Assembly (NCBI GenBank): GCA_024704765.1
Contig: JAKMXF010000298.1
Coordinates: forward strand, 124,001 to 188,000
Source of the DNA: Oopsacas minuta
Taxonomy: Eukaryota > Animalia > Porifera
DNA length: 64,000 nucleotides
Direction: 5' to 3'
The notes beneath the pieces were generated by a model. That model was not told where the DNA came from, searched no databases, and saw nothing but the letters and a program-made list of their open reading frames with translations. Of the stretch, positions 10,736 to 22,387 are shown piece by piece; within the stretch, counting starts at the first letter, position 1; each line of letters starts with the position of its first letter. The translations under genes and the position numbers were made by a program.

Positions 10736-12628
10736 CTAATCTGATTTTGCTTTTTCTTTGCCCTTTTGGAATTTCTTCTTGTACTCTATCCTCATTTTCA
10801 CCAAGTCAAGCAACAGGTTCCTCTTCAATATAGCAGAGGCACACAACACACCTCCGTATAGAGCACCAGCGAATCCACATGATAACACATCCTGTCCTGT
10901 TAGGTATAGTCCATTAATAGGCGTGGTAGACTTTAGGTAACAGCTGTTGGCGCCTGAAAAGCGTTGTACGTCATGATCAATACCATATATCTCTCCTTTA
11001 GCGTATTGTAAGTAGAAGCTGTTTGTAAGCGGAGTTCCTAATTCAAAATAGTCAACTTTATCTTTCAATTGCGGAAAAATTCTCAAAGTTTGACTCCACA
11101 TTCTCTCCCCAAATGTTTTCTTCAGAGTTAGATAATGATCACCCTTCTTTCCATCAGTGTAATCATTCCGCCAATCTTCAAACCATCGGTACGGGACAGG
11201 TGAAATAACCTCACAGACAGACTTCCCAGGGAAGTGTGCAGACCAGGCAGGATCTTTTGTAGACGGAAAAGAAATGAATAAAATAGGCAGATCTACTTCC
11301 AAAGCATCTTCCATACTCAAATTACAGAAATTATCCAAATCCTGTTGTGTAGCATTAGATACTTGATGCCATATGTTAGTAGCCGAGAGATTTAGCTCTT
11401 CATTGCTCCCCTTCAAGCCAATGAAAGCTGTCAAACACGTCATACCAGGATTGAACTTATTACATACACCATCTAGGAGATATTTCTGTTTGACACTGGC
11501 ATTTAATAAGCTATTATACGTATTATGTAGCCCAGCGTTGGAAATTACGATTGGAGCAAGAATATTAATACTCTCCGAACCTTTCTGTACACAAACACCT
11601 ATAGCTTTACATTGATCAGTGCTAGTGAGTATTTCAGTGCATTTAGCTCTTACAAGCACTTCACCACCTGCTTTACGTATAGTCTGTATTAAATGGTAAG
11701 CAACATTACTAGGGCCTCCTACAGGGAAGTATGCACCCTGAATGAAGTGTTGTTGCAATATAGCATGCATTGAGAATGGGGCATCTGCTGGGGCGGTACC
11801 GTAATCACCGTAATTGTAGTAGAGAATAGCCTGTAAGTCCTTGTCATCTATCAAACTCTCTACGACAGTTTTCAACGAAACTTCGCAATAATTGTAATAT
11901 TTGAATATCCGATTGAGTAGATTTAGTTTACGCAGAATTAGTATTAGTTTTTTCGGCATGAATTTAGTTAACATAGCAGGAAGAAATGACAACCGTGCGG
12001 CCTTTTGCATATTAAAATATTTCTCAATCGATTTGGTTTCATTCGGAAATCGTTTCACTAAATCATCTTTAAATTTATTACCAGTGAGACTCGAACAAAC
12101 ATCAAAATCAATTCTCTCATCGCCACTACCAATTACAACGCGGTCAAAGTTTTCGGGCAATGTATTCCAGCCAATTTGGCCGTCAGTAATCTGATCGATA
12201 AGTATAGTGGTCATCATGCCTTCTGATAATTGGCCGATTATATGAATTCCAACGTCGAATAGATAACCTTTATCTTCATAGACATGAAGGCATCCACCTG
12301 CTCTATCGTGTTGTTCCAATACTAACACTCGTTTACCAAGTTTTGCAAGCAAAGCACCCGTAGACAAACCACCAACTCCACTTCCTATTATGATTGCGTC
12401 TAAATTATCTGGCACGTGTTTGGGCAAAAATCCTTTTCTAAGGACTTTGTCCCTAACAGCTTGAGGCTCGATAGTACTCTGATGCGGTGGATCATGTTTA
12501 AGAACCTCCGTAAAAGGATTCGGGCCCTTACCCCAGTTTATACCGAGGAATATGAAAAACCATTCGAGTTTGTAAATAATCCAAATTGCGAATATTAGCA
12601 AAATGCACGCACTTAGCAGCCAATACAT
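10736..12628 (-). CDS. RETSAT: All-trans-retinol 13,14-reductase (carotenoid isomerase/RETSAT family), intronless
   Basis: N-terminal membrane anchor; FAD motif IIIGSGVGG; EQHDRAGGCLH; FDVGIH; GEIYGIDHD; LYLTGQDVLSCGFAGA. Confidence 0.9.
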   Translation of the reverse strand: MYWLLSACILLIFAIWIIYKLEWFFIFLGINWGKGPNPFTEVLKHDPPHQSTIEPQAVRDKVLRKGFLPKHVPDNLDAIIIGSGVGGLSTGALLAKLGKRVLVLEQHDRAGGCLHVYEDKGYLFDVGIHIIGQLSEGMMTTILIDQITDGQIGWNTLPENFDRVVIGSGDERIDFDVCSSLTGNKFKDDLVKRFPNETKSIEKYFNMQKAARLSFLPAMLTKFMPKKLILILRKLNLLNRIFKYYNYCEVSLKTVVESLIDDKDLQAILYYNYGDYGTAPADAPFSMHAILQQHFIQGAYFPVGGPSNVAYHLIQTIRKAGGEVLVRAKCTEILTSTDQCKAIGVCVQKGSESINILAPIVISNAGLHNTYNSLLNASVKQKYLLDGVCNKFNPGMTCLTAFIGLKGSNEELNLSATNIWHQVSNATQQDLDNFCNLSMEDALEVDLPILFISFPSTKDPAWSAHFPGKSVCEVISPVPYRWFEDWRNDYTDGKKGDHYLTLKKTFGERMWSQTLRIFPQLKDKVDYFELGTPLTNSFYLQYAKGEIYGIDHDVQRFSGANSCYLKSTTPINGLYLTGQDVLSCGFAGALYGGVLCASAILKRNLLLDLVKMRIEYKKKFQKGKEKAKSD

Positions 12629-13231
12629 AGAAAAAAATGATATCTATTTTAGCGTCTACATTGACACAAAAAGGTTTCAAGGCTCAATAATAACTAAAAG
12701 GAGAAGCAAGGAGAAGTTACATGTGAAATTTCGCACTGCACAAATTCCAATTTATAACATATATGTTAACTTCTAACAACATAAACAGGTCAGACAAGTC
12801 TAAACGAACTGTAACACAATAACATGCAAATATGTATATCAAAATACATAGTGGATCAAAATAAAGGGTATTGAATCCAAATGACTAATCAAATGAATGT
12901 AATAGAACACCATTGAACAGTGTATAGAGATACAAAACAGGATTGATGGATAATTATATTCCAATTGGTTAATAATAGTGTGTGTAACCCAACAAAAGCG
13001 ATAAGACAAAGATGTTTAGCTATGCCAGCTATTTCCATTACTGGCCACATATAAACGCAAATCTATATAGGCTCAGGTTAGCTCATATGCTGATAATAAA
13101 TTATTGATATATTATCTTTATGTTTGAAATAGATAAATAATCATATACTACAGACGTATATTGATATAAATACAGTGTGATTAGCAAGAGGAGAATACTA
13201 GAGGAAAGATTATATTGAAGTGTTTGAAGAA

Positions 13232-15863
13232 ATGAATGAGGTAAATATGTAATTTTGGTGCTTAAAATATTAACCTTAATAATAATTGTGTTTACAAATG
13301 TAAAACAAATTCGTGTATTAGAAAAATTGAGTGTTTGAACAGCTGATCGAATTTAAAAATTATTAAATATTTACTCCTCAAATATTGTCAAAAGTCTGTT
13401 GTCCATCATTATACATATCCAAATTTAGAATATTGGAGAACAACCATGCATCGAAATAAAACCATGCAATAAGGAAAAACAATGCTTTGGCGAAGAGGAC
13501 TTTCCCCTGCCACCACCTGAATCGGACTGGAGATTAGGTAAATACTTTGACGCAATGAACAACATAGAAGGATGTCCAGAACCTCCAGAATTCGAAGAGA
13601 TAGAAGGATACCTTTCGAATTGCACAGACACAGACATGGATGAGTCAGCTTCAGTTTTATACGCTTACAATTATCTCAAAGAATACGTACAGCACATGAA
13701 ATCAGCTAGACAAGCTAAAACCAACTTGATGGCAGCATTACCATCGCCGCAAGGGCAATCGCCCTCTCCAATGTAAGTTCTATGCAAATCCTCGAATAAT
13801 TACAACCAAAATAACCATCAAAAATTGTGTTGATTGGAACCATCTTCTTAATTCGTAACACTTAGTTTTGCAATCAGTGTCAGTATATTAATGGCTATTG
13901 ACATATTAATACAAATATAACAGAACATTCAATTGTTTTAATTAAACTAAAATTACAATTCAATAATTCAAAGCCAAAATGTGGCAAAATTGAATGGAAG
14001 TAGCAAATTAGACAAAACAAATTAGAACCTATTGAACAATCTCACATACGTAGTGTGTAGGACATTTATCACAGTTAAATAATTAAATGAACATTTTATA
14101 ATTATATGTGGTTCACACTATAATATTGGCCAATTATCGCTTATACTAAACTATGACCTCAATTTTTACAAGTATATAGGTCAGTTTGTATATTCTCTTA
14201 TACGTACATATAGGAAAGATTCAGATACAAGTCCGAATAGATATCAAAATACAACAGCTGCACATCGTGGTACACCAAGCGTAGACGACATGGAGGAGTA
14301 CGATCATCTGTCAAGTACAAAGGAAGAATCTTACTACGCAAGCATGAATATTAGACCTGATTATAATCCTCAACTAGAAGTGAGGAGAACGTTATCAGAT
14401 GGCCCTCAGAAGATAGCACACAAGAACGGTTACGCTATTCCCTACATCACAAGGTATCGCACATCAAATCTACATTTACCAATAAGTAAGTTACAAAGCA
14501 CGAAATGACTTTAATTACGAATAAATTTATACAATAAACTCCTGTTATATCAAGGAACAAGGGACCGTGATAATTAATTCGACATAATGAAATTCGACTT
14601 CACCGGATAAATATATGTTACCTTAACTTCGATATGAGCTGGTATTTTGATATATCCGTGTTCGAAATAAAGGGAGTTGATTGTAATATTCTTCTTATAG
14701 AGGGAATGGTATCGTATCCAAATAACATACAACGTCGTGAACAAGCAGAAATAGTGGAGATTTGCTCACCTAGCGATACGTCTATGTGTAGTACCCCTTA
14801 TTGGCTGAATCGGCCCGCTGCCCCAGGGAGAAATGAGAGAATAGTATACGAGAGTGTCGATAAGCTAGGAGTGAGGCAAGATAGTGATGAGTATTTTCTA
14901 CCGAGGACAAAAGACAAGCAAAGTAACTCAGATTCATCTAATAGTCATCATCACCAGAATATGACAAATGAATCTAATCGTACAATCCCAAAGAGGAGGA
15001 AATTCAAACGCCCGAATAATCGCAGTAAAATATACGTCACAACTAATACAGTATTCAATCAGCCGATTATACACTCTAAGCAGTGTCTAGATTCACTCAA
15101 TTCCGATGAAGTACGGCCATGTGATTGTCTGAAAACAGTTGTTGCAAACCAGAAAAACAAACAACAAACTAATAGCCCGTTAAAGAACGTACATGTAATG
15201 GAGTCTATTCAGGACGGAGAAATCTCAAACTTTACCTCTGTCATAAAGAAGAAACTGAACAGGACCCGAGGTGTTGATGACTGGGCTATTCCTTGTCCAC
15301 ATTCTATCAGTTCTGACAATACATATGCAGATGATTTCAATACATACGATCGAACTAGTAATCACGAGTACATAACACGTAGCTTTACGTCATATAACTC
15401 GTGCGATGGTACAATGAACGATACAGATTCATTATCTCAAAGCTATACACATATACCTTACAATCCTAATAAAGAAAATTTCCAGGCAAGCGGTGAGGAA
15501 ATCAACAAGTCACCAATGTATATGCCGAATGAGAGATGGAATTTCGCATTTGTACCCTATAATCCAACGGAAAATAGACCAAAAGCATGCAGATTTCATA
15601 GCATTGATACACTAACGAGTAGTGACAACAGATCTGTTGCGGAAAATTTCAGATCTGACTCAAGTTTTGTTTCCAAAAACAGTTCGAAAAACACAAAATC
15701 AGAAGCTAGCGCTAGCTCTTCTTGCTCCTCAAGAGGTAGTAGCTTAAACAACAATTCGAAAGAACACAAACCTTATTCCAAATCATTCTTCAAAAGTTTC
15801 TCTCCTAAGTTCATCAAAAGCAACAACAAATCTCCGGTAAAGAGACAAGTGAGTGAATTATAA
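13232..15863 (+). CDS. Uncharacterised, largely low-complexity Ser/Asn/Tyr-rich protein, at least 4 exons (13232-13240, 13429-13772, 14214-14485, 14701-15863), about 595 aa; further 5' exons possible
   Basis: Phase-compatible junctions: GAG|GTAAAT...TTTAG|AAT (phase 0); AT|GTAAGT...ATAG|G (phase 2); A|GTAAGT...TTATAG|AG (phase 1). These link three ORF-track pieces into one frame. Confidence 0.65.
14532..14683 (-). mobile_element. MITE family A copy (Tc1/mariner-pogo type) filling most of intron 14486-14700
   Basis: TA|caataaactcctgttatatc ... gggagttgattg|TA. The internal agggaccgtgataattaattcgacataa is the reverse complement of the family core ttatgtcgaa..tatcacggtccct. Confidence 0.8.
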
Positions 15864-16038
15864 GCTTGTCTAATGAATGATCGATTTGATATACCGGTGT
15901 ATTTGTGAAGGATAAATACATATTTATTAAAATATTTGATAATTATACACCAAGTTTGGGTAAAAATAATTCAGAATTATACCTCGGGTGTAAGTCTATT
16001 AATACATATATGCATTTTTCAATTGGAAAAAGTGTTAG

Positions 16039-18978
16039 TTATTTTCTACCCTTCCGTTCATTTGATTTCTCATGCAATTTACTTTGATATTTTCTTTCCA
16101 ACTCAGCTCTCTGTTTCTTAGGCAGAGTTTTGCAAGTTTCTTTATGAGAAGTTCTGCAATCTGACCTAGCCATATTGCTACATCCGTGTACTTCATATTG
16201 ACAATGTTTAAGACAAAAATTCAGTTTGCAATACACACAATATTCTCCAAGTAGTTTAGTAGATTCATTGCATTTATAGAAATTGCAAACTTCTTTCAAT
16301 CTAAACGCGGCTTCTAACACTGTGAAATCATCTTTCAAATCAAGTTCCTTCTTTAAATTTTTAACGTTAGAAACGATGTGTGATTTTGCCTTTGAATTAG
16401 TTGACTTTTTAACTTTCTTTTTCGAATGTGTGGGAGCATTTTTAACGGTTACTATTGCAGAATCAACTTTCTGGTTCAGCTGAGAAATACGTAGACAATG
16501 AACCTGGTGTGTAACAAGATTCAATTGTGGTATATACTTGTTACAAATCTCACAGGAAACGAATGAATCATTCGGCTCTATAGTCTCGATATTAAGTTCA
16601 TCGTTTTGTACTATACAAGGTTCTTGTATAGTAATAAGGTCAGTAAAACTATCTTCATTTATCAATTTGGGAATTTTTGGCTCAATTAAAGTAGTATTCT
16701 CTTCATTTACAAATTTACCAATTACAACTTTACGCTCAAGTCCTATTCCCTTGCTTGAATGACACAATCCTAACTCTTCACATACCTTATGAACAATGTA
16801 ACGCTCCCTTGAAGTTAGATCATGCAAGTTTAGATTTTCTGTATTATCATCTTCAGCGAATTTCCTAATCCGTTCACTCAATTTTCGTTCCTTTTCTTTA
16901 CTTTCTAAGAAACTCACGGGACGCTCCTTCCTCTCTTGATTTGCATTTTTCTCAGTAATTATAACTTCAGCCTTTCCAACAGAATTATCAGTAATTCCTT
17001 CATTAATAAAATCAAAACCTGACCTAACCTCACCGTTAATATGAATATACTCCAATAGACCTCTTATGAACCTTTGATTTGAGATAGTAATGGAATCACC
17101 GATAACACATAAATGTCGTTTAGCCCTCGTAATAGCTACATTAGTTCTCCTTACTTCACTTAAGAATCCAATTTCTCCTCTATCATTAGACCTTGTAAAT
17201 GAAATGATCATTGCTTCTTTCTCCCTTCCCTGAAACCCGTCTACTGTATGTACCTCAACATTATATACTTCTAATAGGGCTAGTTTGGTTGTAATCAGTT
17301 CTACTTGCAAACTATATGGGGCAATTACAGCTATTTCGGATTGGGAAATACCAAATTTGATTAACATACCAACATATTGAGATACCAGATTAGCTTCTCC
17401 TTCATTGCTCTTAGAAACATCCTCAGAAACAGCTGATTCATGAAAATCACAGCCAGCAGTATCTATAAATACGAGCGGAGTCTCAGTGTAGCAATTAGCC
17501 TCAACATGTCTTATTCCTGACAGAACTTGGTTACCAACACTCTCATGAGGTATGAGCTTCCCCTTGTATAGGAAACGAGATGGCCAATGCATGATATGTC
17601 TATTCATACGATATTGTATTGACAATAAGGATACTAATGCATTGCCGTATAGTGAAATTAATCGCTCCATAAGAGTGATTTTTAAACCTGATTTAGCTGC
17701 TTCTTCCGATACAATTGTGGGTGGCAATTGGAGATGGTCACCTGCTAATACACATTTCCCAGCATGTAGTAATGGTATCCAACAACCAGGCTCAATAACC
17801 TGAGCACATTCATCAATAAATACAACATCAAAATGGTTTCTGTCTAAAGTTTTTAACGGGCCGTCTGACGAAGCGCTTGTTGTTGTTGACAATACTACGT
17901 CACACGCGGCTAATATCTCGTGAACAACCGCGTTTTCTCGATGATGCAATTCGTTCCTTAACTCTCTAACTTCAGCCCAATTAACCTTACGTTTTTTCTT
18001 ACCCCCAATACCTAAAGCTGTCTCAATCTCACTTCTAACTTGTTTAATTATTTCAAAGTTATCACTAGAAGTAACCTGAGCATCTAAAGTATATCTTTGT
18101 AGCTCTTTGGCAGCTCTGGCAGGGTGACCTAGTCTCACAACACGACAATGAGGAGCTAATTTCGATAACAGATTATCAACCGCGATGTTAGATGGTGCAC
18201 ATGCTAATACCTTACGAGATCGTCTAACAAACTGTAAAATACACTCTACAACTGTTGTAGTCTTACCTGTACCAGGTGGACCATGGATGATAGAAATATC
18301 CTGACGTGAGAGAGCATCTACAACAGCTTGACGCTGTACATCATTCAATTGAGGGTTGAAAATAACAATTTCAAATTCGTCAATAACTCTAGCCTTCTTC
18401 CCATCAACGATATTAGATAGAAAGTATTTCGGATTTATAGGCAATAAATCAGTGTTTTCAAAACACACATAAATAATGTGTTTAGCTGGACTATGTATGT
18501 AGTCTAACAAACATTCTAATGCACGTTTTAACCTCTTATGGGTGACGTCACTATTAACTTTAACTAGGGATACGTTTCTGTCATCGAATATATTATCCTT
18601 AAATGGTTGCTGGTCAAATGCGACAGTAATTGAAGTAGGGTTAATATGGGTTATTACACCAGGATTTTCTGAAGAAATTGTACCTGTAAAGATAGATACG
18701 ATATCTCCTACAGTGAAAATACTAGAAAATATCTTTTTACTGTTTTCGGTATCGTTTTGCGTGCATATTTGAGTCAAATGTTTACTGTTTTCAAGTTTTA
18801 TAACAGTACGACCGTAGAAACCACATCGTTGCCCAGTTATGCAAAGTTTCCTAATACAAATCCCTTTATTTTCAAGTTCTTTAGCATTGAATTGTCCTAT
18901 TATTTGCTGACTCTGTGCTAATTCTGCTTGCTGTTCTAAATCCAATAATTCCGAGAATTTCTTCACAAACTCTTCCAT
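16039..18978 (-). CDS. IGHMBP2: DNA-binding protein SMUBP-2 (SF1B helicase + R3H + AN1 zinc finger), intronless
   Basis: Walker A GPPGTGKT; LACAPSNIAVDNL; DECAQ; LAGDHLQLPP; QYRM; TVDGFQGREKE; RRTNVAITRAK; R3H (RYIVHKVCEELGLCHSS); AN1 finger (CNFYKC...CVYCKLNFCLKH...HGC). Confidence 0.95.
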   Translation of the reverse strand: MEEFVKKFSELLDLEQQAELAQSQQIIGQFNAKELENKGICIRKLCITGQRCGFYGRTVIKLENSKHLTQICTQNDTENSKKIFSSIFTVGDIVSIFTGTISSENPGVITHINPTSITVAFDQQPFKDNIFDDRNVSLVKVNSDVTHKRLKRALECLLDYIHSPAKHIIYVCFENTDLLPINPKYFLSNIVDGKKARVIDEFEIVIFNPQLNDVQRQAVVDALSRQDISIIHGPPGTGKTTTVVECILQFVRRSRKVLACAPSNIAVDNLLSKLAPHCRVVRLGHPARAAKELQRYTLDAQVTSSDNFEIIKQVRSEIETALGIGGKKKRKVNWAEVRELRNELHHRENAVVHEILAACDVVLSTTTSASSDGPLKTLDRNHFDVVFIDECAQVIEPGCWIPLLHAGKCVLAGDHLQLPPTIVSEEAAKSGLKITLMERLISLYGNALVSLLSIQYRMNRHIMHWPSRFLYKGKLIPHESVGNQVLSGIRHVEANCYTETPLVFIDTAGCDFHESAVSEDVSKSNEGEANLVSQYVGMLIKFGISQSEIAVIAPYSLQVELITTKLALLEVYNVEVHTVDGFQGREKEAMIISFTRSNDRGEIGFLSEVRRTNVAITRAKRHLCVIGDSITISNQRFIRGLLEYIHINGEVRSGFDFINEGITDNSVGKAEVIITEKNANQERKERPVSFLESKEKERKLSERIRKFAEDDNTENLNLHDLTSRERYIVHKVCEELGLCHSSKGIGLERKVVIGKFVNEENTTLIEPKIPKLINEDSFTDLITIQEPCIVQNDELNIETIEPNDSFVSCEICNKYIPQLNLVTHQVHCLRISQLNQKVDSAIVTVKNAPTHSKKKVKKSTNSKAKSHIVSNVKNLKKELDLKDDFTVLEAAFRLKEVCNFYKCNESTKLLGEYCVYCKLNFCLKHCQYEVHGCSNMARSDCRTSHKETCKTLPKKQRAELERKYQSKLHEKSNERKGRK

Positions 18979-19139
18979 CCCTGTAAATACACTACAAACC
19001 TTTAATGAGTAAATTTAAATAAATAATTGTATGTACTTTATGTAAAACGGTATATTGAGTAATCTACAATGATTATCTTCATCACTATCTCTACAAACTA
19101 GGTCACATAAGCTATAAACTGAAATATGTAATACATTAT

Positions 19140-20062
19140 TTATGAATCCTTCTCAGCTATGACAGAGAGATGATGCTCTATATCTTCTTCACTTAAAGTC
19201 CTGAATGCTGTATTATCAGATGTCACAATACCAACTTCGACTTCCCTAGCTTTCAAATCAACAGATAGAACTGTTAATAAACAGTTCAAAGCTAGCTCAA
19301 TTGCTTCAGAAATATTCCAGTCGGAATCAGGACGCTTTTTTACTTTCTTCTCCAAATAATTATTAGCCTCTGTTTGCTTTACACCTGCTGAGATAGCCTT
19401 ATACCCACAGTAGTAACCCGCGGGGTCTGTTTTATAAACAAGAGGTCCTTTTTCTGGGTCAATTCCTACTAGGATCATGCAACAACCTAATGGTCTCATC
19501 TCAGCGTTCTGTGTATATATCTACAAAAAATCAATGAATTTCTATCACAGTGAAGCCTCCAAAACGGCGAAAATATATACAACAAATTCCCGTTCCTATA
19601 CAAATGAACCTTCACAATTGGAAAATGGCTATCATTTCGACGTCCATGACAACCAATTTATGGAGTGTACACTGTATATACTTTAACGCTTACTTGTGCT
19701 ATATCAGCTAGACGTTTACATAACACATCAACTGGAATTTCATAGTTGTATTTATATCTGAACTCCGCTGCTTCTGACCGAGCTCTGCGGACCTGGAAAC
19801 GACTATCCGGTATGATGCCGGTCATAACACAGCCTACATTCTCAGTTATCTTATATAGATGTGTTACTGTAGAAGGGTCTAGTAACTTATCGGGTACTTT
19901 CTTCTGTGTGGCAATAACCGCACAATCCTTTCCGCGAATAGCTACAGCAGTCATTCCTCCTAAATTGATAGCTTTGAATGCATACTCTACTTGATAGAGA
20001 CGGCCTTCTGGAGAGAATATAGTGATGAGATGGTCAAAACCTGCAGCTCCGCTACGAGACAT
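19140..20062 (-). CDS. PSMA6: Proteasome subunit alpha type-6, 2 exons (19694-20062, 19140-19520), 249 aa
   Basis: [32 protein letters not shown]; [14 protein letters not shown]...[14 protein letters not shown]. Phase-0 intron CAA|GTAAGC...TTTGTAG|ATA. Confidence 0.96.
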
Positions 20063-20185
20063 GCTAATTGGAATTTATCGTAATTTCATTAAGATAGAAC
20101 ATCAAGTAATATATTTATACACAATTGATCTGCCACTACATATACACAAAATCTCATAATACAATAAATGAAAGTTCTCGAATAA

Positions 20186-21580
20186 TTACGCACTCACGCC
20201 AAATAATTTAGTGAATTCCTCAAAGCGTTCGATTTCTTCCTGGCTAACTGTCCCGTGGATTTGTTCTAGAGCTTTCATAAAGTCTATAAGTGCTAAATTT
20301 CGTGGACGGATTTGATCAGTTTGAATATCATAGAATGATTTTTGGACAGAGAAGCTAGTTGGTGCCGATTCAGGGATCCATTTCGCGATATCTTGATCCC
20401 ATTTCCAATCCTGTGTACTCTGCAATTCTCTAAATGGACCTAACATTGCTTCACAACATAGAGCACAAATATCTGAACAAGAAAATCCACCCAATTTACC
20501 AGCTAAATCAACAAACTCAGAATCACTCATTTCATTCTGTACACAATCAATAGAATCTATAAGTATCTGCTTTTTAGTTTGTAAGTCAGGAGGTGAAATA
20601 TACACACGCTTATTAAAACGTCTTAAAAATGCCTTATCTAACTCCCAAGGACAATTCGTAATACCAATTATTGATAGTTTACAATTAGCATGTGCTCCTT
20701 TCTCCATTTGTTGCATAAGTTCTGTCTTGATCCTACGACTGTAATCCTCTTCATTAGATTGTCTCTGTCTACACAGACTATCTATCTCATCGAATAGAAT
20801 AAGAGAATATCCCTCTTGTTCCTTGGCTATTCGTAACAAATTTTTTATAAACTTTTCACTCTCTCCCACCCAACTTGATAGAATATCTGCACTTGATATT
20901 GAGAAACATTTCGCGTTGAATTCGTTAGCAAGAGCTTGAGCGAGTTGAGTTTTGCCAGTGCCAGGTGGACCGTAGAGCAGAATATTCTGATTTTTGAATG
21001 GGAAAATACCTTGAAATAGTTTAGGGAATATTAAGCTCTCTTTCAAGATAGATTTCGCCTTAGAATAACCAGTAATATTTTTGAATGTAAGATTACTATC
21101 AAATGGTAATAAAGTTGATTCTATAGCTGTAGTGTATTTATCATTAGCAGCTATACCATGGCTATTAGAAGCTACATGATCTTGTGGGAGCTCTGTAGCT
21201 ACACCTTGCATTCTATTTCTCTGTTTCAAAAGCACTGCTATATGACTTTCCACTATAACAGATATTTGTTGTAAAGCCTGTCTACGAGTTGGATTCCCCT
21301 CATATGGTATAAGGGTCACAAGCGTATTTGCACAACTCATTAAGTTGGATAGGATGTGATTAATATTGATACGATCTGTTTTCAAACATTCATTTGATGC
21401 CATTTCAATATACTCAACTGCATTCAAATACACTTCACTTGTATTGGTGATATTATTAATCATTGATTGGTGAAATTGTGCATCTTCTCCAGTCAATGTA
21501 AGCGATTGGGACACCAAGCTACTACAGCCTTCGATACCAGACGATTGACAGTTTAATAGTTCAGAGCTATTCTCTATCAT
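20186..21580 (-). CDS. VPS4-like meiotic-clade AAA ATPase with divergent N-terminus
   Basis: Walker A GPPGTGKT; pore loop SSWVGESEK; Walker B FDEID; SRRIKTEL; TNCPWELDKAFLRRF; Vps4_C-like tail DFMKAL...TVSQEEIERFEEFTKLFG. Confidence 0.85.
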   Translation of the reverse strand: MIENSSELLNCQSSGIEGCSSLVSQSLTLTGEDAQFHQSMINNITNTSEVYLNAVEYIEMASNECLKTDRININHILSNLMSCANTLVTLIPYEGNPTRRQALQQISVIVESHIAVLLKQRNRMQGVATELPQDHVASNSHGIAANDKYTTAIESTLLPFDSNLTFKNITGYSKAKSILKESLIFPKLFQGIFPFKNQNILLYGPPGTGKTQLAQALANEFNAKCFSISSADILSSWVGESEKFIKNLLRIAKEQEGYSLILFDEIDSLCRQRQSNEEDYSRRIKTELMQQMEKGAHANCKLSIIGITNCPWELDKAFLRRFNKRVYISPPDLQTKKQILIDSIDCVQNEMSDSEFVDLAGKLGGFSCSDICALCCEAMLGPFRELQSTQDWKWDQDIAKWIPESAPTSFSVQKSFYDIQTDQIRPRNLALIDFMKALEQIHGTVSQEEIERFEEFTKLFGVSA

Positions 21581-21687
21581 TTCTGCGAATATTTTAGATC
21601 GTTTTATTAAAATCCAGGAAAGACAACGAAATTAATAAACCAACGCAAAACTAACATTACAATAAGTAAAATTAATAATATGAACAA

Positions 21688-22387
21688 TCACTGTGTGTAG
21701 TTTGGAATATAGGAATAATCAGGGCATACTCTCTGTGTAAGGTCTGGCTGATAAGAAACTGGATTATGTGTCCCAATAGCAATAGAGTATAACTCATCCA
21801 TTGTACTACTAATAGAATCTCCTTGAAATGATAATTCTTGTTCTAGCAAGGTATCCATCTCTCCTTCTATAGGGTAAACATGATTTGTCACGTATAAGTG
21901 TGAATCAGCTGAGTTAATGAATTGGGCATATTGTTGTGGTATGAGCGGATTGTTCTCTATATCCTCGCGAAATACATCGAGGAAATTTCGATACTTATCC
22001 AGCTGTTCTCTATCCTGACTATTCAATTTCTCAATTCGCCTGGAAATACACAATTGATAAAACAAGTAATTTCCTAATTAATAAGCATAATTCATAAATT
22101 ATTCCTTACCTTCTCTTTAAGTATCTAGATGGAAGTGAACCGAAATTTTCTCTCATATTTTTCAGAATTTTCTGGGAGATATTAATATTTCTTTTCTTAA
22201 CATTCAATGCATTAGTAGATACATTGAGTGGTTTAAAAGTTTGAATAAACGCAAGGATGTTTGTATCTTTTATATTTCCTGATTTTTGGGTGTATCTTGA
22301 TTTAAATCCTTTTTCATAAAATTTATGTCTCAAATGAGCCGGGATTATTCTTGTTGATGAAGATCGTTTTTTCGATGATTTTTGCAT
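21688..22387 (-). CDS. Hypothetical basic/acidic protein, 2 exons (22110-22387, 21688-22039), 209 aa
   Basis: Phase-2 intron AG|GTAAGG...TTTCCAG|G joins two ORF-track ORFs in frame. No family recognised. Confidence 0.6.

Noticed and set aside
14634-14700. Apparent start MSWYFDISVFEIK of the 409-aa ORF
   Set aside because: It lies within MITE and intron sequence; the exon begins at 14701 after TTATAG.
21581-21700. Possible fusion of the 209-aa hypothetical gene to the VPS4-like ORF
   Set aside because: The acceptor before the VPS4-like ATG needs a phase-1 donor; the nearest donor-like site is phase 2 and other candidates are weak, so they are kept as separate genes.
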